DNA of 64,000 bases, from NCBI GenBank assembly GCA_016286035.1, contig JAEERY010000020.1:244020-308019 (forward strand), written 5' to 3'. How positions within the stretch are numbered: the stretch's first letter is position 1; the number at the start of each line of letters is the position of its first letter. The translations under genes and the position numbers were made by a program. This stretch comes from Lachnospiraceae bacterium. GTDB lineage: Bacteria > Bacillota > Clostridia > Lachnospirales > Lachnospiraceae. The notes below the pieces were generated by a model. That model saw nothing but the letters and a program-made list of their open reading frames with translations. It had not been told where the DNA came from and searched no databases. Below, one piece after another: positions 22,053 to 32,177 of this stretch.

Positions 22053-23191
22053 AAAATAAGCGTGTTAAGGTTGTACAACTGATAACAACTATGGCAGATG
22101 GCGGGGCAGAAACCTTGGTAAAGGATTATGCCCTTCTTTGCGATAAAGAAAGAATAGATCTTAGCGTTATAGTATGGAGCGGACCGATTGGTTCTTCAAA
22201 TGAGAGACTGCTCAGGGAAGCCGGTATAAATGTTATATATCTGGGGATTGATGCTGTAAACAAGCCGTCATCCAATCCTGTTATCAAAGCGTACAGGATG
22301 GTAAAGAAGTATAAGGTTTTCAGGGATGAGATCATAAAGGGCAATGCAGAGGTGATACATGTTCATCTTCGCTTTGGAAGATATCTTAAAACATTGCCCG
22401 ACAATGTGCTTAAGAGAATAAAACTGTTTTATACACTCCATAATGAACCTTCAAAGTATTTTGATCCCAATGGTTCCGGTAAGAAGAAATTTGAATATGA
22501 AGAGACCAAAAGACTGATAGACAGATACGGACTTACTGTTATCACGTTACATGATGATATGAACAGACAGGTACGTGAGCTGTTTAATACAGAAAATGTC
22601 ATTACAGTCAACAATGGGATAAACTTTGAAAGATTTGACAGATTATTATACGACAGACAAAGTGTTAGGGACTCGCTCAACATATCAGCCAATGCGAAAG
22701 TCATAGGCCATGTTGGATCTTATACGGAACAGAAAAATCATGAATTTCTATTAAAGCTTTTTTCGGAATATCTGAAAAAAGACAGAGACGCAAGAATGAT
22801 ACTTGTAGGAAGAGGCGTTCTTAAAGAAAAAGTCGCCGGGATGATCAAGGACATGGGACTGGATAAACAGATCATTTCGCTTGAAAACAGAAGTGACATA
22901 CCAGCGTTGATGTGTGCGATGGATGTATTTGTTTTGCCATCGAGATGGGAAGGATTTCCGGTTGTCTTATTAGAGGCACAGAAGATAGGACTCAAATGTG
23001 TCATATCAGACAGGATAAACAAAGAAGTAGTTTTGTCTGATGATGTGACTATGCTTAATATAGATGGAAATCTGGACAGTTGGATTGAAGCTATCGACGG
23101 CAATTCCGTGAAAGAAGAACCTGTCGGAAGATTTGAGGATTATGATATCCGTAAGTCAATAAAGACACTTGAAGACCTTTATGCTGTATAG
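22049..23191 (+). CDS. glycosyltransferase family 4
   Basis: E-x7-E motif (RWEGFPVVLLEAQ). Confidence 0.75.
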   Translation: MKNKRVKVVQLITTMADGGAETLVKDYALLCDKERIDLSVIVWSGPIGSSNERLLREAGINVIYLGIDAVNKPSSNPVIKAYRMVKKYKVFRDEIIKGNAEVIHVHLRFGRYLKTLPDNVLKRIKLFYTLHNEPSKYFDPNGSGKKKFEYEETKRLIDRYGLTVITLHDDMNRQVRELFNTENVITVNNGINFERFDRLLYDRQSVRDSLNISANAKVIGHVGSYTEQKNHEFLLKLFSEYLKKDRDARMILVGRGVLKEKVAGMIKDMGLDKQIISLENRSDIPALMCAMDVFVLPSRWEGFPVVLLEAQKIGLKCVISDRINKEVVLSDDVTMLNIDGNLDSWIEAIDGNSVKEEPVGRFEDYDIRKSIKTLEDLYAV

Positions 23192-23202
23192 ATTGTTTGT
23201 AA

Positions 23203-24414
23203 ATGTTAAATATGGGAAATGGTAAGAAGATACTCCATATATGCACGATAGATAAAGGCGGTGCATACAATGGAGCAAAACGTCTCAATGAGATGCTAAT
23301 TGAACATGGATATGAATCACGGATCTTGGTAAGAACAAAGACCGGAAACTCATCATATACATTTCCGGCTTTTAAGAGCACATGGGAAGAGACGTTATCA
23401 AAGGTAAAGAACGTTGTAAACCTCTGCTTCAAGAAAGGTGAGGTCAAAAGAGATGTTCTTGGAAGTGATCTTACCGGAAATTCCATGGTCAAGGAAGCGG
23501 ATGTGATCTTTATACACTGGATCAGTACTTTTCTTTCACCCAAGCAGATATATGAGCTATCTGGATTAAAGGATAAAAAGGTTATCTTTTGGATGCATGA
23601 CATGTGGCTTTTTACAGGCGGCTGTCATGTGGATAGGAGATGTGGACGATATACTGATGAATGCACATCCTGCCCTATGGCGGGAAAGCCTGCGAGTGTT
23701 AGCTTTAGAAGAAAGAAGGATTATATACAGAAAGCTTCTTTAACTGTGACCGGTCCGAGCAGATGGATCGTGGAGGAAGCTTCAAGGAGTTGCATCCTTA
23801 AGGGAAAAGACATCAGATATATACCTAATGTATATGATCAAAAAGTATTCTGCCCCAAAGAGGATATAAACAGTATAAGGGACAGACTGGGAATAAAAAC
23901 TGATAAGAAGGTAATAATGTTTGGGGCTGCTGACAAAGGAGCTGCAAACAGCAATAAAGGTTTTTCTTATCTGTTAAAAGCGCTTGAAATGATAGATATG
24001 AGTGATAAGCAGCTTGTGGTATTGGGGAATGCCGAGAGTATAAAGAATGATCTTGGATCATATGATGTGATATATCCCGGATTTATATCAAATGAAGAAC
24101 TCTTGGCGGATTATTACAGAGCGGCAGATGTGTTTGTAAATCCTTCCCTGCAGGAATCATTCGGATATACTGTCTGTGAGTCGATGGCTTGCGGGACTCC
24201 TGCTGTTGCATTCGCAGTAGGAGGCATGCTCGATCAGATAGAAAGCGAGACTAACGGCTATCTGGCTGACTATGAGAACAGCGAAGAATTGGCAAAAGGG
24301 ATAGAGTTTTGTGTTGAGAATAAAAAAACACTTTCGATACAGGCTGCAGAAGCTGCAAAAAGATTTTCTTATGAAAACGGATTTGCTAATATAGAAACGC
24401 TCTTGGAAGAATAA
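23203..24414 (+). CDS. glycosyltransferase family 4
   Basis: GT-B C-terminal half (...NPSLQESFGYTVCESMACGTP...). Confidence 0.7.
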   Translation: MLNMGNGKKILHICTIDKGGAYNGAKRLNEMLIEHGYESRILVRTKTGNSSYTFPAFKSTWEETLSKVKNVVNLCFKKGEVKRDVLGSDLTGNSMVKEADVIFIHWISTFLSPKQIYELSGLKDKKVIFWMHDMWLFTGGCHVDRRCGRYTDECTSCPMAGKPASVSFRRKKDYIQKASLTVTGPSRWIVEEASRSCILKGKDIRYIPNVYDQKVFCPKEDINSIRDRLGIKTDKKVIMFGAADKGAANSNKGFSYLLKALEMIDMSDKQLVVLGNAESIKNDLGSYDVIYPGFISNEELLADYYRAADVFVNPSLQESFGYTVCESMACGTPAVAFAVGGMLDQIESETNGYLADYENSEELAKGIEFCVENKKTLSIQAAEAAKRFSYENGFANIETLLEE

Positions 24415-24423
24415 AGAACAGGT

Positions 24424-25512
24424 ATGAATACTGACAGTATAAAAAATATAATATTCGTTACGATCTCCATGACAGGCGGAGGGACTGAGAGGGTGATAGC
24501 CACTTTATCCAATTATTGGATAAAGAACGGCAGGCAGGTAAGCATTCTGATGATAGGCGGAGATGATATCGCCTACGAGTTGGATGAGAGAATCAAGGTC
24601 AAGGTGCTTTCTGGTGCTACCGGTGGAAGTCTGTCGGCAAGATTAAGCAGGATAACAAAACTCAGACAGGAGTTTAAAGAAAATAAAGACAGCGTGATAA
24701 TCGCCATGGGAACGGTTGCATCAATGTTTGCTGCTGTAGCTCATTTTGGCCTTAAGAATCCACTGCTGTTGTCAGAAAGAAACGATCCGAACAGGCTTAA
24801 TCATAGACCCATAAAAAGCTACGAAAGAATAATTAGGAATATATTGTACAGAAAGTCTAATAGAGTAGTTTTTCAAACCCAAATGGCAAGAGATTGCTTT
24901 CCTGAAAGCATTAGAAGGAAAGGCTGTCTCATACCTAACCCTTTAGAGGATATCCCTGATACTATGGAATATACCAATAGGGATAAAAAAATCGTATCAG
25001 CAGGGCGACTGACAGAACAAAAGAATCATAAGCTTCTTATTGATGCATTCAGTTCAGTGCATGACAGGTTTGATGATTATGAACTTGTTATATATGGAGA
25101 GGGCGAATATAAGAATGCCCTTAAAGAATATATAGATCAGAAAGATGCAGGCGAGTATATTAAACTGGCAGGGTTCAGTGACAGATTAATAGACGTTCTG
25201 GGGATGACCCGTATATATGTGTCCAGCTCGGATTGGGAGGGGATTTCCAATTCGCTTGCTGAGGCAATGGCATGCGGTATGGCTGTCATTGCTACAGACT
25301 GCCCGATGGGGGGCAGTGCCATGCTGATAAACGATGGAGTAAACGGAAGACTGGTCCCTGTTTCTGATCTAAACAGTATGACACAGGCACTGGAAGATTT
25401 TCTTTCCGATGACGATATGGCAGCGAAATGTTCGACCAATGCCAGATGTATAAGAGAAGACATGGCGGTTTCACGAATTGCAAAAATGTGGGAGAATGCA
25501 GCAGTTGATTGA
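24424..25512 (+). CDS. glycosyltransferase family 4
   Basis: DWEGISNSLAEAMACGMAVIATD motif. Confidence 0.75.
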   Translation: MNTDSIKNIIFVTISMTGGGTERVIATLSNYWIKNGRQVSILMIGGDDIAYELDERIKVKVLSGATGGSLSARLSRITKLRQEFKENKDSVIIAMGTVASMFAAVAHFGLKNPLLLSERNDPNRLNHRPIKSYERIIRNILYRKSNRVVFQTQMARDCFPESIRRKGCLIPNPLEDIPDTMEYTNRDKKIVSAGRLTEQKNHKLLIDAFSSVHDRFDDYELVIYGEGEYKNALKEYIDQKDAGEYIKLAGFSDRLIDVLGMTRIYVSSSDWEGISNSLAEAMACGMAVIATDCPMGGSAMLINDGVNGRLVPVSDLNSMTQALEDFLSDDDMAAKCSTNARCIREDMAVSRIAKMWENAAVD

Positions 25513-25527
25513 TAACAGGATTGAGTT

Positions 25528-26679
25528 ATGATCAGGATTTTGATAATCAGAACATATCCTTCAATATTGGATCCGGATGGTTACAATATACAGGAGACCG
25601 GATTGGCAAAGGCACTTGTAAGAGCCGGAGCGGTCTGCGATGTTGTATTGTATAACGGAAATAATGCGGATGAGATAAGGGAGATTAAGGTACCCGGAAC
25701 TGAAAATGGTGTGGTTAAAGTTTACATGCGTCATGGTAAGGGTATACTTAAGAACGGATTTTTTCCAGGACTTAAGAAGATAACCGAGGAATATGATATC
25801 CTTCAGGTAAATGAATATGATCAGATAACATCATGGTTATATTATACCCGGTCAAAAAAACCTGTGGTCATTTACCATGGTCCGTATTACGATGAATTCA
25901 ACAAGGGATATAACTTTAAGTGCAGGGTGTTTGATAACACTTTCCTTAAATTGGGTAAGCATAAAGATATACTCTGCCTGACAAAGTCCAATGCAGCAGC
26001 ATCTTTTTTGAAACAAAAAGGTTTTGATAATACTGTACCGATCGGAGTGGGATTGGATACAGATAGTTTTTCCAAAGCCAAGGATGCTGATAAACAAATT
26101 GCAAAGATAGATGAGATCTGGGATCAAAACAAGTGGAATATCATCTATGTGGGTAAGATAGAACCAAGGAGAAATCCTTATCTGCTTCTTGAGATCGCTG
26201 GCAGACTAAAGGATATTGATAAGAATATCGGGCTTACGATCGTAGGCACCGGAGAAAAGGAATATCTTAAAGAGTGGAAGGAAGCTGCAGACAGATATAT
26301 AAAAGACGGAGTCTTAACGTACATCGAGAGAATGAGCCAGAATGATCTTAGAGATGTGTACACAGAGGCTAAGCTGATGATCTTTCCATCCAATTATGAG
26401 ATATTCGGAATGGTACTGCTTGAGGCAATGTATTTTGATCTTCCTGTGATATCTTCTGATAACGGCGGCTCTGATACTCTGATAACGGATGGAGTGGACG
26501 GCGTGATCATCAAGGAGTTTGATAAAGATATATGGGTGAATACTATCTCCAAGCTTCATGATGACTCACAGGAATACAATACCATCAAGAAAAATCTGAC
26601 ATTAAAGGATCACTCAGTATACACCTGGGATGCAATAGCAAAAAAGTATATTGATGCGATCAAGAATACATTTGATTGA
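25528..26679 (+). CDS. glycosyltransferase family 4
   Basis: EIFGMVLLEAMYFDLPVISSDNGG motif. Confidence 0.7.
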   Translation: MIRILIIRTYPSILDPDGYNIQETGLAKALVRAGAVCDVVLYNGNNADEIREIKVPGTENGVVKVYMRHGKGILKNGFFPGLKKITEEYDILQVNEYDQITSWLYYTRSKKPVVIYHGPYYDEFNKGYNFKCRVFDNTFLKLGKHKDILCLTKSNAAASFLKQKGFDNTVPIGVGLDTDSFSKAKDADKQIAKIDEIWDQNKWNIIYVGKIEPRRNPYLLLEIAGRLKDIDKNIGLTIVGTGEKEYLKEWKEAADRYIKDGVLTYIERMSQNDLRDVYTEAKLMIFPSNYEIFGMVLLEAMYFDLPVISSDNGGSDTLITDGVDGVIIKEFDKDIWVNTISKLHDDSQEYNTIKKNLTLKDHSVYTWDAIAKKYIDAIKNTFD

Positions 26680-26680
26680 C

Positions 26681-28390
26681 ATGGATAAAAAATCATATTT
26701 TCAAAAACTGAAAACATCAGCTGTGGTCACAGGACTGGCTGCTTTTATGTTATGCATATTTAGCCCTGCTGAAACATTTTTTGCAAACTCATCAGAACTG
26801 CCTTTTGTCTATGGAGAGTTTTCGGGTTATTTGTGGATGTTTGCGATAGTATTCGTAGTAGGTATGTCTTTAGTTACAGCTTTACTGCCTGAGAGGATAC
26901 ATGCCTTTATTGCGGCGTTATTATTTGCACTTAGTGTTTGTGCTTATATTCAGAACATGTTCCTTAACAAGGGACTCGATCTGATGGGACTTAATCCCGA
27001 CGGATATAATGCAGATAGTTCAAAAGCTGGTATCAACATCGCCATATGGCTGATAGTTTTGGCAATAATTGTCATTCTTGGGATGATCAAAGGTTACGGA
27101 AAGAAGATCGTTACATACGGAGCGCTTTTTCTGCTCGCAATTCAGGTGATAGCATATGTGAGTCTCATAGTGCCGGCTGATGACAGCTGTTTTGACTATC
27201 CGTTGGCTGAGTATCATCTTTCGGGTGAAGACCAGTATGAACTTTCAAAAGACGGAAATATAGTTTTGTTTATAGTTGATTCACTCAGCAACAGGGATCT
27301 AAAGAATGCACTAGATATTAATCCCGATGCATTAAGTGAATACAATGATTTTGTTTACTACACAAACATGGACTGCTGTTACTGCGGTACATATCCGTCG
27401 CTTACCCATATGCTCACAGATAATTACGTAGATATGGAAGCAGGAGTAAATGACTGGACAAGATCTGCATGGACTGATACAAACTGTGAAATGTTTTATG
27501 AAAACATGAAGGCATCGGGTTACAAATGTCTTCTGTATACTCCTGATCTGCATATCATATGCGGTAATAATGCACCTGAAGGACTGCTTTTAGGCAAATG
27601 GGATAATTTTACCGATGCACCTCTTGAGAGAGAAGTGGCTAACAGCAAGATTGTAAAAGTTATGGTAAAGATGGCGGCATACAGGATGCTTCCGGAAGTT
27701 ATGAAGAACTTAGCTTACGTGGATCTTGGCGAGTATTCAGATGCTGTAAGGATAATCGAAGATCCCGTAATGCATGAGAATTATGATTTTTGTGATAAGC
27801 TGGAACAGAACGGCCTTTCAACTCATAGTGGTGATAAAGTATTTGTTGTTCAGCATCTTATGGGGACACACCTTTTCAAGAATGATGAATTTGGTAAATT
27901 CAAAGAAGGTGCGTCTTACGAGGAGACTACGCTTGGTTGTCTTTATATAGTCGGAGAATATTTAAGACAGATGAAAGAGGCTGGAGTATATGATAATTCG
28001 ACCATAATCATAACCGCTGATCACGGTTGGGAATACGGTCAGCAACCGGTATTCTTCATCAAAGAGGCTGGAGCTTCTTATGATGAAATAGTATATAATA
28101 ATGCGCCGGCTTCATTTCATGAATTGCTACCAACTATCGCATCTATCGCAGGAATAGATATGGATGGACAGACTATATATGATTTTAAGCCTGATGAATT
28201 AAGAGAAAGAACTTTATATATAAGATACTACATGGATGAGTATCCTGATGTACCATACTTTGGTGGAGATAAGATGGGAACTTCCAATATTTATATGGGA
28301 TTTACATATACCGGAGATGAAGATGTACTTAGAGAGTATCTTTTTGATAAACCTTCCAAGATAATACAGATGGTGGATTCATATTTTTAA
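26681..28390 (+). CDS. LtaS-like sulfatase-family membrane protein (phosphoglycerol/phosphoethanolamine transferase-like)
   Basis: N-terminal 5 TM, then an alkaline-phosphatase-superfamily domain with FIVDSLSNRD and ITADHGW motifs. Start set at the internal Met (MDKKSYF) to avoid a 29-nt overlap. Confidence 0.6.
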   Translation: MDKKSYFQKLKTSAVVTGLAAFMLCIFSPAETFFANSSELPFVYGEFSGYLWMFAIVFVVGMSLVTALLPERIHAFIAALLFALSVCAYIQNMFLNKGLDLMGLNPDGYNADSSKAGINIAIWLIVLAIIVILGMIKGYGKKIVTYGALFLLAIQVIAYVSLIVPADDSCFDYPLAEYHLSGEDQYELSKDGNIVLFIVDSLSNRDLKNALDINPDALSEYNDFVYYTNMDCCYCGTYPSLTHMLTDNYVDMEAGVNDWTRSAWTDTNCEMFYENMKASGYKCLLYTPDLHIICGNNAPEGLLLGKWDNFTDAPLEREVANSKIVKVMVKMAAYRMLPEVMKNLAYVDLGEYSDAVRIIEDPVMHENYDFCDKLEQNGLSTHSGDKVFVVQHLMGTHLFKNDEFGKFKEGASYEETTLGCLYIVGEYLRQMKEAGVYDNSTIIITADHGWEYGQQPVFFIKEAGASYDEIVYNNAPASFHELLPTIASIAGIDMDGQTIYDFKPDELRERTLYIRYYMDEYPDVPYFGGDKMGTSNIYMGFTYTGDEDVLREYLFDKPSKIIQMVDSYF

Positions 28391-28401
28391 TAGAGAGGAA
28401 A

Positions 28402-29514
28402 ATGATGGATTTTAAAGAGATTTTAGATTATTACAATGGTAAGAAGGTATTTATAACTGGACATACAGGTTTTAAAGGATCTTGGATGTGCCAGATATTA
28501 AAGAATAGTGGTGCTAAAGTAGTAGGTTACTCACTTGAGCCCCCGACGGATCCGAGTCTGTTTGAGATTGCTTCAGTTGCCGATGGTATGCACTCGTATA
28601 TCGGTGATATACGTGATCTAGGCAGCCTGAGAAGAGTATTTGAAAAAGAAAGACCCCAGATAGTGATCCATATGGCGGCTCAACCTTTGGTTAGGGAATC
28701 ATATAGGGATCCTGTAACGACATATGCAACCAATGTCATGGGTACAGTCAATGTTTTGGAATGCGTCAGAAATTGTGACAGTGTAATCTCTGTCGTTAAT
28801 GTTACAACGGATAAGGTATACAGAAACAATGAATGGGACAAGGGCTATGTTGAGGAAGATATTCTGGATGGATATGATCCGTATTCGAACAGTAAGTCAT
28901 GTTCTGAGCTTGTGACGCATAGTTATATACAGTCATTTCTTGCAGACAGAAAGATACCTGTATCAACCTGCAGAGCCGGTAATGTCATAGGAGGAGGAGA
29001 CTTTGCGACCGACAGAATAATCCCGGATTGCTTAAGAGCAAGCTTCGAGGGTAAGGCAGTTGTTGTAAGGAATCCATACTCTACCAGACCTTATCAGCAT
29101 GTGCTTGAACCGTTATTTGCTTATCTTATGGTTGCTATGAAACAGGCTACGGATTATTCATATGCATCAAATTATAACATAGGACCAAACGATGATAACT
29201 GTGTAACAACAGGTGAACTTGTTGATACATTTGTTGATTCATGGAATCTGTATCTTGATAATAACGGAATGAGTGATGCTGTAAGGGCTTCCAGACAGGA
29301 TATACCTGATGGCGGTCCTCATGAGGCTAATTTCCTTAAACTTGACTGCGGCAAATTAAAAAAGACTTTTGGTTGGAGTCCAGTCTGGAACATTAGAGAG
29401 ACCATAGATAAGATAATCGAGTTTGAGATGATCAGAAAATGCGGCGGAGATGCTAAAGAACTCAGTGCCTGCATGGAGAAACAGATTAGGGAGTATATAG
29501 GAAAAGCTCAATGA
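28402..29514 (+). CDS. rfbG: CDP-glucose 4,6-dehydratase
   Basis: N-terminus GKKVFITGHTGFKGSWM is the CDP-glucose 4,6-dehydratase hallmark. Extended SDR fold. Confidence 0.85.
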   Translation: MMDFKEILDYYNGKKVFITGHTGFKGSWMCQILKNSGAKVVGYSLEPPTDPSLFEIASVADGMHSYIGDIRDLGSLRRVFEKERPQIVIHMAAQPLVRESYRDPVTTYATNVMGTVNVLECVRNCDSVISVVNVTTDKVYRNNEWDKGYVEEDILDGYDPYSNSKSCSELVTHSYIQSFLADRKIPVSTCRAGNVIGGGDFATDRIIPDCLRASFEGKAVVVRNPYSTRPYQHVLEPLFAYLMVAMKQATDYSYASNYNIGPNDDNCVTTGELVDTFVDSWNLYLDNNGMSDAVRASRQDIPDGGPHEANFLKLDCGKLKKTFGWSPVWNIRETIDKIIEFEMIRKCGGDAKELSACMEKQIREYIGKAQ

Positions 29515-30050
29515 ATAAAGAATTGCTATCGATCATTCAAGATGATATAAAGCGAGGATACGACAACAGATTATTCAGAAGACCGCTTCAGTTAAGATAC
29601 CTCATCACCTGGCGTAAGGCATCCTTTTATGAAAAAAAACATCCGCTGGGGATCATATACAGGATCAGATTAAACAGGCTTTCTGAAAAGAGCGGGATAC
29701 AGATACCCACAGAGACAAAGATAGGGAAGGGTCTGCTTATTGCTCATTTCGGAACAATAATCGTCAATCCTGCGGTTAGTATCGGAAGTAATGTAAATAT
29801 TGCTCCCAATGTTGTCATAGGCAAGGCAAATCGCGGAGAGAAGAAGGGAACACCTAAGATATCAGACAGAGTCTGGATAGGAGCAGGATCTGTTATAGTT
29901 GGAAATATAAACATAGGTGAGGATGTGCTCATTGCACCGAATTCCTATGTGAATTTTGATGTGCCTTCTCACAGCATAGTGGTAGGAAATCCCGGAGTCA
30001 TTCATCATAAGGATGATGCTACTCTTGATTATATAAACAACATGGTTTAG
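29511..30050 (+). CDS. hexapeptide-repeat O-acetyltransferase (CysE/WcaB-like)
   Basis: Left-handed beta-helix repeats (VSIGSNVNIAPNVVIG...VWIGAGSVIVGNINIG). Confidence 0.65.
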   Translation: MNKELLSIIQDDIKRGYDNRLFRRPLQLRYLITWRKASFYEKKHPLGIIYRIRLNRLSEKSGIQIPTETKIGKGLLIAHFGTIIVNPAVSIGSNVNIAPNVVIGKANRGEKKGTPKISDRVWIGAGSVIVGNINIGEDVLIAPNSYVNFDVPSHSIVVGNPGVIHHKDDATLDYINNMV

Positions 30051-30060
30051 CAGTTTTAAT

Positions 30061-32172
30061 ATGTTTATCTTTACATTAACAGCCATCATACTGGCTTCAC
30101 TAATAATCGCATATAAATTTGATATCACATTATCTGAAACACTCGGACCGTCATGTATCATGGCAATAATAGTCATGTATGTGGCGGCTTTCTTCAGAGG
30201 TCTGTATGTTGTTGATCTTATCAGCATCGCATTGATCGTTATCATGACCTTCTGGATAGTAAGAAACCGACTGATGCCGCAGATATTGAAAAGATTGGCA
30301 ACTGTGACAAACCTCAGTGTTCTTGTGACCATCGTTCTTATTGTATTTTTTTTGTTAAAGAAGGATGTGCACTTTGAGGGAGTTGATGCATTTTATGCGG
30401 CTGATATAAAAGCTCTCTATACTTTGGGAGGATTTGCTGCACGTCTTGGAAATGTATTCCCGAGATTCGGAGATTATCCGCCCGCAATGCAGCTGTGGGG
30501 ATGGCTGATAGCTCATGCATCATCCGAATCATATCATCCAGGATTATATCTTACAGGATATACCTGTCTGAATTTTATATTGCTCCTTCCTTTACTGAAC
30601 AGAGCGTGCTTTAGGAAGATAAGTATAAAAAGCAGCATATGGGACACGCTTACCGGACAGGGAGTTTACCGCTCGGATGAGGATGAGAGCGAGGCTTTTG
30701 ATAACGGCCTTGATGATGATAAGAATGACGGAGTTTCTGTAAGGATATCGAAGAATAAAAAATACAGATTTGTGTATGAGAGCTATAGATTAAAGAGCAA
30801 ATATAAAGTACACATCAAAGACAATGGTGATTATAAAGACGAGAAAACGGATGTCGCTGAAAAGATCATTGCTTTTATGGCTACACTTGTTACGTGTTTG
30901 GCACTTGTTCTTGTTCCCGCAATGATATGCGCATTTTCCTTTGACAGCTTAAGACCTGATATAACTATGGGAATAGCTGTGGGTATGCTGCTGCTGTGCA
31001 TATTTGATATTGAGACTTCTCCCGGGTTATTCTATGGGAGGATCGCGCTATATGGAAGCTTTATCATCCTGTGTAGAACGTGGGGGATCCTATGGCTGAT
31101 CATTGTGATGATCCCTATGACTATTCGCATTATTAAGAAAAGAGATGCTCTTGAAGAGCTGAAATACCTGATATGTGTACCTGTGATATGGCTATCCCTT
31201 GTGGTCAGCTGGGTAGTGATGTGCATATATAAAACAAGGATATCAGAACTTTCAAAGTATACTTTTCATATGCTTATGGGAAGAGCGGGACAGGCGCTTG
31301 ATGTAAAGGCAAAGTTTGTTGAAATGGCAAAGGCAATCAGTGTTTTCCCATTGATGCAAAGCCGTGTCGGACTGGTTAGACTTAGTCCTGTCATATTGCT
31401 TATCATTTTCATGCTGTTTATATATATAGCGGCAAGAAAGTGTTTGATAGAAGATAACATTAAGAATATTTATATATATATTGGTGCTGTGTTTATTGTT
31501 TGTCATGGTGTCATGTTCCTTATATATACCCATCTTTGGGAAAGTATAGAGTATTCCGTTACAGAAGTCAGCCTGATGTGCGATATACCGTTATGCTTGA
31601 TGCTAATTATTTATTCATTCGGAATCCTTACACACACATTAAATGAAAATGACAGTGAGATTGCGGTAAGAGAGAGCAAAGTTGACAGGCAGTTAAGATC
31701 AAGAGATGCGGGACGCGTCTGGAAAGTATACCTTGGTATAGCATTTATTGCTTTTATATCATGTGAATATCCTATCGGTATTCTGGGATCTGATAATACC
31801 TCTGCAATGGAACAGACATATGATTCAGACAATGCTTATGACAGGTTTATTGAGACACTTTCTTCACATGTTGAACTGAATGGGCGCAGAGTGCTATACT
31901 TAACTAATGGTAAAAGTGATATTTATTCATGGGATGATATCAGTCTTGAAGCTTCTCCGGTCGCTGTTGTATACAGCAGGATAAGTACGGATTTCAATGA
32001 AGATTCGATAAGGAACATAATGTCTTCAAGCAATGCTGCGTATGTATATGTCGATGACATGGGTGAAGACATGAAACCTCTCTTTTCTGAAATGTGTATA
32101 CAGGATTGGGAGTATGAACACATATATCAGATCGGGCAGGATGGAATGCTCGATTATATTGAGATAGAATAA
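30061..32172 (+). CDS. large polytopic membrane protein (putative GT-C-like or polymerase)
   Basis: 703 aa, more than 12 TM, with a charged loop (DEDESEAFDNGLDDDKNDG). Confidence 0.35.
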   Translation: MFIFTLTAIILASLIIAYKFDITLSETLGPSCIMAIIVMYVAAFFRGLYVVDLISIALIVIMTFWIVRNRLMPQILKRLATVTNLSVLVTIVLIVFFLLKKDVHFEGVDAFYAADIKALYTLGGFAARLGNVFPRFGDYPPAMQLWGWLIAHASSESYHPGLYLTGYTCLNFILLLPLLNRACFRKISIKSSIWDTLTGQGVYRSDEDESEAFDNGLDDDKNDGVSVRISKNKKYRFVYESYRLKSKYKVHIKDNGDYKDEKTDVAEKIIAFMATLVTCLALVLVPAMICAFSFDSLRPDITMGIAVGMLLLCIFDIETSPGLFYGRIALYGSFIILCRTWGILWLIIVMIPMTIRIIKKRDALEELKYLICVPVIWLSLVVSWVVMCIYKTRISELSKYTFHMLMGRAGQALDVKAKFVEMAKAISVFPLMQSRVGLVRLSPVILLIIFMLFIYIAARKCLIEDNIKNIYIYIGAVFIVCHGVMFLIYTHLWESIEYSVTEVSLMCDIPLCLMLIIYSFGILTHTLNENDSEIAVRESKVDRQLRSRDAGRVWKVYLGIAFIAFISCEYPIGILGSDNTSAMEQTYDSDNAYDRFIETLSSHVELNGRRVLYLTNGKSDIYSWDDISLEASPVAVVYSRISTDFNEDSIRNIMSSSNAAYVYVDDMGEDMKPLFSEMCIQDWEYEHIYQIGQDGMLDYIEIE

Positions 32173-32177
32173 GATCT

